Part shown: piece by piece, positions 42,781 through 50,966 of the stretch
Numbering within the stretch: position 1 is the first letter of the stretch
Layout: each line of letters starts with the position of its first letter
Assembly: GCA_040954595.2 (NCBI GenBank)
Contig: CM082586.2
Location: 10,075,337-10,139,336, forward strand
From: Balanoglossus misakiensis
Lineage: Eukaryota; Animalia; Hemichordata
Direction: 5' to 3'
DNA: 64,000 nucleotides
Notes under the pieces: generated by a model
What the model was told of the DNA's origin: nothing
Database searches by the model: none
Seen by the model: only the letters and a program-made list of their open reading frames with translations
Translations under genes and position numbers: made by a program

Positions 42781-44447
42781 CAGAAGTTATAACCGTTCAT
42801 GACATAGTTGTTGAATCAGGTTTACCAAATTCTCAATTTTGCAGAATACCCGTTTCATCAAATCTTCAAATCCCAATTTGGCGAGCCGAATTGCAGCAAT
42901 ATGATGACAAAATCATCTGCGATTACCTACAATATGGTTGGCCCGTCTACTATACAGCCTCAGAATTGCCATACTCTACAGTGAAAAACCACCCATCAGC
43001 TATAAATTACTCGGCGCATGTCGACAACTGGATCATTAACGAAGTCGCAGCCGGGGCTACAGCGGGTCCGTTCTTAACTAACCCCCTTGCCACACCACTC
43101 AGTACTTCCCCCATTCAGACTGTCGAAAAAAAAGATAGTGTTAATCGGCGTATAGTCTTTGATCTTAGTTCCCCAATCCACCATTCAGTAAATGACGGTA
43201 TCCCCAAAGGGGAATATCTTGGGGAGAGTTTTCAGCTTCAATATCCTTCCATTGATGATTTCACTGCAATGATGACCCGTAAGGGCAGGGGATGCCTCCT
43301 ATTTAAGCGCGATTTAAGCAGAGCTTATCGGCAAATACCAGTCGATCCAGCGGACTACCATTTGCTGGGCTACACGTGGCGTAATTTATTGTTCTTTGAC
43401 CTTACATTGCCATTTGGCTTGCGAACCGCAGCGCTAGCCTGCCAGCGCACCACTAATGCGGTTTCTTATATCTATTCCACGAAAGGGTATGACTGTGTTA
43501 ATTACCTTGACGACTTCGGTGGTGCAGAGACCTCCAACAAAGCCCACAAGGCATTTGCGGAGCTAGGTGACACGCTGGATAGACTGGGTTTGCAAGAAGC
43601 CAAACACAAAGCGGTGCCCCCGTCATCAATCATGACTTTTCTTGGAATCCAGTTGAACTCCCTTACAATGACTATGGAAGTTACTCCTGACCGGCTTAAT
43701 GAAATAGAGCAAGAGCTGGGTGTATGGGTCACTAAAACAAAAGCAACTAAGCGCGAGCTGCAATCACTCATAGGCAAGCTTTCCTTTATTGCCAAATGTG
43801 TCAAGCCTGGTAGGCTATTCCTGGCGAGAATGCTAGATGTGTTGCGTACCGTCACCCGCAATCACTACCATATCTATCTAAACAGTGATTTCAAGGCAGA
43901 TCTACGGTGGTGGATTAATTTCATTAGGGTTTATAATGGGGTGTCTCTCATTAAAGAGTCAGGTTGGTGCCCGCCAGATGAAATATTTTCTTCGGATGCA
44001 TGCCCAACAGGGGGAGGGGGGCTTTGCGACAACGAGTATTTCCACGTGGAGTTCCCTGACTTTGTAAAGGTTGGGGACCCTCACATTAATGCCCTCGAAT
44101 TACTCACTATTACTATAGCGGCAAAAATTTGGGGTGATAGATGGTCTGGAAAGAAAATACAGGTCTCTTGCGACAACCAGGCAACAGTTTGGGTCATTAA
44201 TACCGGTAGAGCTAGGGATAAACTAATGCTGTCTTGCTTGAGGGAATTATGGCTGGTAGCAGCGATTCACGAGTTTGAGCTACGTGCTGTGCACATCGCA
44301 GGCACCGAGAACCGGCTGGCTGATGCGCTCAGTCGCTGGCATCTTGACCCAAGTTATGAGCAACTCTTCAAATCATCTGTTAATATTTCTCAAATGACCG
44401 AGCACCCAGTCGCCGAGGATGACATTCGCTTTCTCAATGAGTGGTGA
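42693..44447 (+). CDS. Copy 1 reverse transcriptase / RNase H (DIRS/Ngaro type), separated from ORF1 by the deletion
   Basis: RT motifs LFKRDLSRAYRQ, LPFGLRTA and YLDDF; RNase H motifs SSDAC, HINALELL, CDN and NRLADALSR. Confidence 0.92.
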   Translation: MQYSELSDTPVGGDVCPPSSWPQASPPDLTEVITVHDIVVESGLPNSQFCRIPVSSNLQIPIWRAELQQYDDKIICDYLQYGWPVYYTASELPYSTVKNHPSAINYSAHVDNWIINEVAAGATAGPFLTNPLATPLSTSPIQTVEKKDSVNRRIVFDLSSPIHHSVNDGIPKGEYLGESFQLQYPSIDDFTAMMTRKGRGCLLFKRDLSRAYRQIPVDPADYHLLGYTWRNLLFFDLTLPFGLRTAALACQRTTNAVSYIYSTKGYDCVNYLDDFGGAETSNKAHKAFAELGDTLDRLGLQEAKHKAVPPSSIMTFLGIQLNSLTMTMEVTPDRLNEIEQELGVWVTKTKATKRELQSLIGKLSFIAKCVKPGRLFLARMLDVLRTVTRNHYHIYLNSDFKADLRWWINFIRVYNGVSLIKESGWCPPDEIFSSDACPTGGGGLCDNEYFHVEFPDFVKVGDPHINALELLTITIAAKIWGDRWSGKKIQVSCDNQATVWVINTGRARDKLMLSCLRELWLVAAIHEFELRAVHIAGTENRLADALSRWHLDPSYEQLFKSSVNISQMTEHPVAEDDIRFLNEW

Positions 44448-45466
44448 CTGATTTTATTTTTATTTCAGATCACTGCCAAACTATCCAAGCCTTAGACGCT
44501 CAAATCGCTATCTCAATGAGGTCAGCATTAGCGGAAGGAACTCGTCGGAATTTGTCGTCACAGTTGAAGAGTTACTTCCTGTTTTGTCAGTTTTTCAATT
44601 TTACTCCTGTTCCAGCATCTGTTCTTACAGTGTGTAGATTTATCCAGTTTCTTGCAAGATCAGTAACTGCTACTGGCACCATTCAGAATTATTTGTACGC
44701 AATTCGTACCTTGCATAGAATCCATGGCTTCACGCCATTGGCCGCTGATCAGTATGTTGTCAAATTACTTTTGAAATGTCTTTCCCGTAGCACTTTCCAG
44801 CCGGTGAGGCAGAAATTACCCATCACCCCCCAGTTGTTGCTACAGTTTTTCGGGCTTCTAGATGTGGCAGTTCCATTCGATGTTACTTTGTGGGCATGCC
44901 TTTTGATAGGGTTTTTCTCCTTTTTTCGCAAGTCAAATCTTGTTCCGAAGTCTGCAACCGACTTTGATCCGGCTAAACACCTCTGTAGGGGTAAAGTCAT
45001 TTCCTCAGATTCTGGCCTTATAATCGGCGTGACTTGGTCAAAAACCATTCAGTTTCGCGAACGCTGTTTGACTATTCCACTTGCCCGCATTCCAGGTTCG
45101 GTGTTGTGCCCTTTACAGGCATACAATCACATGTGTGAGATCATCCCAGCCCCACCCTCTAGCCCAGCATTTGTTTTTCCCAAATGTGGCAAATTGGTCC
45201 CCTTGACCCATTCAGGGCTGGTGAAAAGTATCAAATGTTTAGTTCAGAGGGCAGGCTTTCCTGCTGACATGTACTCGGGTCACAGCCTCCGTCGTGGGGG
45301 TGCAACCTTTGCATTCGAAAGTGGGGTCCCTGGGGAGCTTATCAAACTCCAAGGGGATTGGCAATCCAGCGCGTATCTCCGTTATCTTAACATTCCATTT
45401 CAGACTCGTTATCTGGTGTCCTTTCAAATGGGTCAGCATATTAAAGACATCTCCGCGTCACACTGA
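44441..45466 (+). CDS. Copy 1 tyrosine recombinase; probably entered through a splice acceptor at 44468
   Basis: Catalytic set R (FFRKSNL), K (SKT), HxxR (GHSLRRG), W (GDW) and Y (AYLRY), with an N-terminal core-binding helical region. The called start codon is GTG. Confidence 0.94.
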   Translation: MVTDFIFISDHCQTIQALDAQIAISMRSALAEGTRRNLSSQLKSYFLFCQFFNFTPVPASVLTVCRFIQFLARSVTATGTIQNYLYAIRTLHRIHGFTPLAADQYVVKLLLKCLSRSTFQPVRQKLPITPQLLLQFFGLLDVAVPFDVTLWACLLIGFFSFFRKSNLVPKSATDFDPAKHLCRGKVISSDSGLIIGVTWSKTIQFRERCLTIPLARIPGSVLCPLQAYNHMCEIIPAPPSSPAFVFPKCGKLVPLTHSGLVKSIKCLVQRAGFPADMYSGHSLRRGGATFAFESGVPGELIKLQGDWQSSAYLRYLNIPFQTRYLVSFQMGQHIKDISASH

Positions 45467-45510
45467 TTTTACTGTGGCACTAGCAGAGAGGCGGACCGGG
45501 TTTGGCAGTG

Positions 45511-45616
45511 GTTGGGCCTGCAAGAGCCCCCAGTTCACGTAAATAAATAATGGCTCTTGCCTTCAGCTGCCAAACCTGTGTCCTTGGTTTGTGTGTTAGA
45601 GAGATCTCAAGTAATT
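45511..45616 (+). repeat. Split direct repeat B1 (106 bp), contains AATAAA
   Basis: gttgggcctgcaagag...gagatctcaagtaatt, repeated at 50443 and 50861. Confidence 0.92.
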
Positions 45617-45780
45617 TAGGTAACATTGCGATCAACGGCATAATGTTACCCAATTAAGCAACTCGAAAAGGGGCGCCCTCAACCTCAAACGAGCCTCAAA
45701 AATCCCATAATCCATCACTCACGGCCACTTCAAGGGTTCGGAGCGTGTCCTGCAGTGCACGCTCTCTCTGCCTCAATTTC
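45617..45780 (+). repeat. Split direct repeat A2, shared by the two copies
   Basis: Matches A1 and A3 with few substitutions; directly abuts B1. Confidence 0.93.
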
Positions 45781-45797
45781 AATTTCTCACCGTTATT

Positions 45798-48700
45798 ATG
45801 GAGAACGCTGAACAACAGCTGCTGGATTTGGGAATAGAGCCCAGTCCAGTCGCCAAAAAGGGACCTGCAACTCGCAGTAAGACTACGACAAGAGCATCGA
45901 CCGGTCGAAAAGTTCGCGTGGTCCCCCCCACCAAACTTTCCAAAGTACCAATGGCGTCAGATCGTTCGAAAGGCGGGAAATGTAGCAAACCTGTCAAGGA
46001 AGAAGACACTTCATCTGACGGGGAAGATGTGAGGTCAGAGAAAGAGAAGTTGCAGGCGGAGATAGCGAGACTGCAGGAGCAATCTGAAGTAGACAATTTA
46101 AGAAAACAACTAAAAGAAATGAAACTGGAGAAGGAACGACGCAGCCCGCCAGCTGCTTCGAGCGGAAGTCCCAGAAGTCACGACCTGAGTCAACTCACGC
46201 TACCCGATCTCAAGAGGATGGCGAAAGAAGACTCACAATTGCAGTGGTCGTTACCATCAGGCAGTCCGTGGCTACCAGCGACAGGGGCCGCTGGCGGCGG
46301 TGAAGACCTCCAACCGAACCAACTCCTGGCACAGTCCGGTTTATACACAGCAGCGCAGAGCAAAGCAGGTAACGTACCAATGAAATCGATGCGGTTCAAC
46401 ACCAGAACCGATCGTGTGCGACAGCACGTCCTATGGCCGCACATGTTCGTCAGGGCTCGGACATTCTCGGGCGCCCCACCAAAATTCGATGATATGTCAA
46501 TGGCGGAATTTGTGGAAGGTAATCTCGCGATAGTGCAACTTCCTACTTTGAGTGACACAGAGAAACAGCAGCGATTACAACACTTACAGTCACTTATGAA
46601 AGACGCCAATTTGTTCCCCTGGGACGCCATCTTGAAGTTCGAGGGCGCGCTCCTCTCTGACATGGAGTCAGGACTCAGAACATGGGCAAATGACACCGCA
46701 GATCTGAGAGAGCTATATTTGCTGCCGCGTATCGGCGAGATCAGACGGGATAAAACAGCGGACAAATCCAAAAAGAAGGATCAGATTAATGTATGTTTCA
46801 AATACCAAAGTAACAAGTGCGAGAAGGAGGATTGCGCATTCAAACACATATGTGAAGCCTGCATGAAGTTGCGTAACAACCTGGCCAAGCATCCCAAGAT
46901 TGCCAGCCCCTGGAAGGATAAGGCCTTTAGAGAGCAAGAGAGCAACAAGTTGACCGATAGTTCTGGCAAAGCAGAGGTAGATAAGTCTAAACAAGACTCT
47001 CATGACTGTGACAGCAATTTAATTCCTAAATTGAACCATAGAGTCAAAAGTGCAGGCACGGAGTGTAATATCAATGACTTTTATACATTGATGGGCATCA
47101 CAGATCAGGCAGTGCACAAGTGTGATCGCTCTGTACAAACTGACATGGAGATTGATATTTCAAGAAGCCTGTCAATGTGCAACCCGGAGGTTTTGCGGGA
47201 TGCTATTGTTAACCCTAGTAGTATTTCTGAACCAGTGCTTTCGATTGACGAGCCAGTAACATGTACCATTGCCAATGTTGCCTCTGAACACACAGGTTGT
47301 TTTGATACCTCTGTTAGCAGGGATAATGTTGACAAATACCTTTGTAAAACTCATACAGTTGATTTGATAGAACCTGATATTGAGACTGATCTTGACAAGC
47401 AAATCCCTATTGAATCACTAGCCCATACCGTCGGTGATACCACTGAATTTGCATGTGAGATTAGCGCTCATGGTTCATCTGACGGTATGATCAGTGATGA
47501 CCACGATGTCTTTGTTAGTGATATGTTTACTGTGGAAAATGTTCCAAATATGGGGCCTCCCAACCCCACCCTTGTTGATCACAGTGTTCCAGACACTTAT
47601 CCACTGGGCAATGATATGCAGTATTCTGAGTTATCAGATACTCCCGTGGGCGGGGATGTCTGTCCCCCGTCGTCATGGCCACAAGCGTCACCCCCTGATT
47701 TAACAGAAGTTATAACCGTTCATGACATAGTTGTTGAATCAGGTTTACCAAATTCTCAATTTTGCAGAATACCCGTTTCATCAAATCTTCAAATCCCAAT
47801 TTGGCGAGCCGAATTGCAGCAATATGATGACAAAATCATCTGCGATTACCTACAATATGGTTGGCCCGTCTACTATACAGCCTCAGAATTGCCATACTCT
47901 ACAGTGAAAAACCACCCATCAGCTATAAATTACTCGGCGCATGTCGACAACTGGATCATTAACGAAGTCGCAGCCGGGGCTACAGCGGGTCCGTTCTTAA
48001 CTAACCCCCTTGCCACACCACTCAGTACTTCCCCCATTCAGACTGTCGAAAAAAAAGATAGTGTTAATCGGCGTATAGTCTTTGATCTTAGTTCCCCAAT
48101 CCACCATTCAGTAAATGACGGTATCCCCAAAGGGGAATATCTTGGGGAGAGTTTTCAGCTTCAATATCCTTCCATTGATGATTTCACTGCAATGATGACC
48201 CGTAAGGGCAGGGGATGCCTCCTATTTAAGCGCGATTTAAGCAGAGCTTATCGGCAAATACCAGTCGATCCAGCGGACTACCATTTGCTGGGCTACACGT
48301 GGCGTAATTTATTGTTCTTTGACCTTACATTGCCATTTGGCTTGCGAACCGCAGCGCTAGCCTGCCAGCGCACCACTAATGCGGTTTCTTATATCTATTC
48401 CACGAAAGGGTATGACTGTGTTAATTACCTTGACGACTTCGGTGGTGCAGAGACCTCCAACAAAGCCCACAAGGCATTTGCGGAGCTAGGTGACACGCTG
48501 GATAGACTGGGTTTGCAAGAAGCCAAACACAAAGCGGTGCCCCCGTCATCAATCATGACTTTTCTTGGAATCCAGTTGAACTCCCTTACAATGACTATGG
48601 AAGTTACTCCTGACCGGCTTAATGAAATAGAGCAAGAGCTGGGTGTATGGGTCACTAAAACAAAAGCAACTAAGCGCGAGCTGCAATCACTCATAGGCAA

Positions 48701-49370
48701 GCTTTCCTTTATTGCCAAATGTGTCAAGCCTGGTAGGCTATTCCTGGCGAGAATGCTAGATGTGTTGCGTACCGTCACCCGCAATCACTACCATATCTAT
48801 CTAAACAGTGATTTCAAGGCAGATCTACGGTGGTGGATTAATTTCATTAGGGTTTATAATGGGGTGTCTCTCATTAAAGAGTCAGGTTGGTGCCCGCCAG
48901 ATGAAATATTTTCTTCGGATGCATGCCCAAAAGGGGGAGGGGGGCTTTGCGACAACGAGTATTTCCACGTGGAGTTCCCTGACTTTGTAAAGGTTGGGGA
49001 CCCTCACATTAATGCCCTCGAATTACTCACTATTACTATAGCGGCAAAAATTTGGGGTGATAGATGGTCTGGAAAGAAAATACAGGTCTCTTGCGACAAC
49101 CAGGCAACAGTTTGGGTCATTAATACCGGTAGAGCTAGGGATAAACTAATGCTGTCTTGCTTGAGGGAATTATGGCTGGTAGCAGCGATTCACGAGTTTG
49201 AGCTACGTGCTGTGCACATCGCAGGCACCGAGAACCGGCTGGCTGATGCGCTCAGTCGCTGGCATCTTGACCCAAGTTATGAGCAACTCTTCAAATCATC
49301 TGTTAATATTTCTCAAATGACCGAGCACCCAGTCGCCGAGGATGACATTCGCTTTCTCAATGAGTGGTGA
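45798..49370 (+). CDS. Copy 2 uninterrupted gag-like / acidic linker / RT / RNase H polyprotein (1190 aa)
   Basis: Single ORF with coiled-coil N-terminus, VLWPH gag-like region, Cys/His finger (last Cys changed to Ser), YLDD RT and RNase H motifs. Confidence 0.95.
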   Translation: MENAEQQLLDLGIEPSPVAKKGPATRSKTTTRASTGRKVRVVPPTKLSKVPMASDRSKGGKCSKPVKEEDTSSDGEDVRSEKEKLQAEIARLQEQSEVDNLRKQLKEMKLEKERRSPPAASSGSPRSHDLSQLTLPDLKRMAKEDSQLQWSLPSGSPWLPATGAAGGGEDLQPNQLLAQSGLYTAAQSKAGNVPMKSMRFNTRTDRVRQHVLWPHMFVRARTFSGAPPKFDDMSMAEFVEGNLAIVQLPTLSDTEKQQRLQHLQSLMKDANLFPWDAILKFEGALLSDMESGLRTWANDTADLRELYLLPRIGEIRRDKTADKSKKKDQINVCFKYQSNKCEKEDCAFKHICEACMKLRNNLAKHPKIASPWKDKAFREQESNKLTDSSGKAEVDKSKQDSHDCDSNLIPKLNHRVKSAGTECNINDFYTLMGITDQAVHKCDRSVQTDMEIDISRSLSMCNPEVLRDAIVNPSSISEPVLSIDEPVTCTIANVASEHTGCFDTSVSRDNVDKYLCKTHTVDLIEPDIETDLDKQIPIESLAHTVGDTTEFACEISAHGSSDGMISDDHDVFVSDMFTVENVPNMGPPNPTLVDHSVPDTYPLGNDMQYSELSDTPVGGDVCPPSSWPQASPPDLTEVITVHDIVVESGLPNSQFCRIPVSSNLQIPIWRAELQQYDDKIICDYLQYGWPVYYTASELPYSTVKNHPSAINYSAHVDNWIINEVAAGATAGPFLTNPLATPLSTSPIQTVEKKDSVNRRIVFDLSSPIHHSVNDGIPKGEYLGESFQLQYPSIDDFTAMMTRKGRGCLLFKRDLSRAYRQIPVDPADYHLLGYTWRNLLFFDLTLPFGLRTAALACQRTTNAVSYIYSTKGYDCVNYLDDFGGAETSNKAHKAFAELGDTLDRLGLQEAKHKAVPPSSIMTFLGIQLNSLTMTMEVTPDRLNEIEQELGVWVTKTKATKRELQSLIGKLSFIAKCVKPGRLFLARMLDVLRTVTRNHYHIYLNSDFKADLRWWINFIRVYNGVSLIKESGWCPPDEIFSSDACPKGGGGLCDNEYFHVEFPDFVKVGDPHINALELLTITIAAKIWGDRWSGKKIQVSCDNQATVWVINTGRARDKLMLSCLRELWLVAAIHEFELRAVHIAGTENRLADALSRWHLDPSYEQLFKSSVNISQMTEHPVAEDDIRFLNEW

Positions 49371-50398
49371 CTGATTTTATTTTTATTTCAGATCACTGCC
49401 AAACTATCCAAGCCTTAGACGCTCAAATCGCTATCTCAATGAGGTCAGCATTAGCGGAAGGAACTCGTCGGAATTTGTCGTCACAGTTGAAGAGTTACTT
49501 CCTGTTTTGTCAGTTTTTCAATTTTACTCCTGTTCCAGCATCTGTTCTTACAGTGTGTAGATTTATCCAGTTTCTTGCAAGATCAGTAACTGCTACTGGC
49601 ACCATTCAGAATTATTTGTACGCAATTCGTACCTTGCATAGAATCCATGGCTTCACGCCATTGGCCGCTGATCAGTATGTTGTCAAATTACTTTTGAAAT
49701 GTCTTTCCCGTAGCACTTTCCAGCCAGTGAGGCAGAAATTACCCATCACCCCCCCCCCCCCCCCGTTGTTGCTACAGTTTTTCGGGCTTCTAGATGTGGC
49801 TGTTCCATTCGATGTTACTTTGTGGGCATGCCTTTTGATAGGGTTTTTCTCCTTTTTTCGCAAGTCAAATCTTGTTCCGAAGTCTGCAACCGACTTTGAT
49901 CCGGCTAAACACCTCTGTAGGGGTAAAGTCATTTCCTCAGATTCTGGCCTTATAATCGGCGTGACTTGGTCAAAAACCATTCAGTTTCGCGAACGCTGTT
50001 TGACTATTCCACTTGCCCACATTCCAGGTTCGGTGTTGTGCCCTTTACAGGCATACAATCACATGTGTGAGATCATCCCAGCCCCACCCTCTAGCCCAGC
50101 ATTTGTTTTTCCCAAATGTGGCAAATTGGTCCCCTTGACCCATTCAGGGCTGGTGAAAAGTATCAAATGTTTAGTTCAGAGGGCAGGCTTTCCTGCTGAC
50201 ATGTACTCAGGTCACAGCCTCCGTCGTGGGGGTGCAACCTTTGCATTCGAAAGTGGGGTCCCTGGGGAGCTTATCAAACTCCAAGGGGATTGGCAATCCA
50301 GCGCGTATCTCCGTTATCTTAACATTCCATTTCAGACTCGTTATCTGGTGTCCTTTCAAATGGGTCAGCATCTTAAAGACATCTCCGCGTCACACTGA
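49364..50398 (+). CDS. Copy 2 tyrosine recombinase
   Basis: Same catalytic motifs as copy 1. A C16 run at 49749-49764 adds 9 bp in frame and is probably a sequencing artefact. Confidence 0.93.
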   Translation: MVTDFIFISDHCQTIQALDAQIAISMRSALAEGTRRNLSSQLKSYFLFCQFFNFTPVPASVLTVCRFIQFLARSVTATGTIQNYLYAIRTLHRIHGFTPLAADQYVVKLLLKCLSRSTFQPVRQKLPITPPPPPLLLQFFGLLDVAVPFDVTLWACLLIGFFSFFRKSNLVPKSATDFDPAKHLCRGKVISSDSGLIIGVTWSKTIQFRERCLTIPLAHIPGSVLCPLQAYNHMCEIIPAPPSSPAFVFPKCGKLVPLTHSGLVKSIKCLVQRAGFPADMYSGHSLRRGGATFAFESGVPGELIKLQGDWQSSAYLRYLNIPFQTRYLVSFQMGQHLKDISASH

Positions 50399-50442
50399 TT
50401 TTACTGTGGCACTAGCAGAGAGGCGGACCGGGTTTGGCAGTG

Positions 50443-50966
50443 GTTGGGCCTGCAAGAGCCCCCAGTTCACGTAAATAAATAATGGCTCTTGCCTTCAGCT
50501 GCCAAACCTGTGTCCTTGGTTTGTGTGTTAGAGAGATCTCAAGTAATTTAGGTAACATTGCGATCAACGGCATAATGTTACCCAATTAAGCAACTCGAAA
50601 AGGGGCGCCCTCAACCTCAAACGAGCCTCAAAAATCCCATAATCCATCACTCACGACCACTTCAAGGGTTCTGAGCGTGTCCTGCAATGCTCGCTCTCTC
50701 TGCCTCAATTTCCCCACCCGCCCGCCCTCAACAAATAAGATGTGTATTTGCAGATTTACAGTGGTTCTCTTGTCAATACTGTACTTCACGATTGTAACCT
50801 TTATCATCCATGTATTTTGCAATGGTCCTTTCATCATTGCGAGTTGTTATTCCCAGTTGTGTTGGGCCTGCAAGAGCACCCAGTTCACGTAAATAAATAA
50901 TGGCTCTTGCCTTCAGCTGCCAAACCTGTGTCCTTGTTTTGTGTGTTAGAGAGATCTCAAATAATT
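50443..50966 (+). repeat. 3' terminal block: B2 (50443-50548), A3 (50549-50712), unique 148-bp spacer (50713-50860), B3 (50861-50966)
   Basis: Direct comparison with A1 and B1; the B-A-B order at the 3' end is diagnostic of Ngaro/PAT split direct repeats. Confidence 0.92.

Larger units (their letters stand above)
40752..50966 (+). mobile_element. Tandem dimer of a Ngaro-type (DIRS order) tyrosine-recombinase retrotransposon with split direct repeats
   Basis: Architecture A1-ORFs-B1-A2-ORFs-B2-A3-spacer-B3. Encodes gag-like, RT, RNase H and tyrosine recombinase; no DDE integrase or protease seen. No clear target-site duplication; flanks aaaatcatg| and |ggggaaaatcat are satellite. Confidence 0.95.

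Noticed and set aside
49749-49764. Polyproline insertion in the copy 2 recombinase
   Set aside because: C16 replaces C6A of copy 1; most likely a homopolymer error.
41325-50474. Antisense and alternative-frame ORFs over the retrotransposon (193, 119, 105, 99, 82 aa etc.)
   Set aside because: No motifs; shadows of the main ORFs. Their recurrence reflects only the recent dimerisation.
40752-50966. LTR retrotransposon or prophage integrase interpretation
   Set aside because: No TG...CA LTRs, PBS, DDE integrase or TSD. Split direct repeats with DIRS-type RT/RNase H identify a YR retrotransposon.
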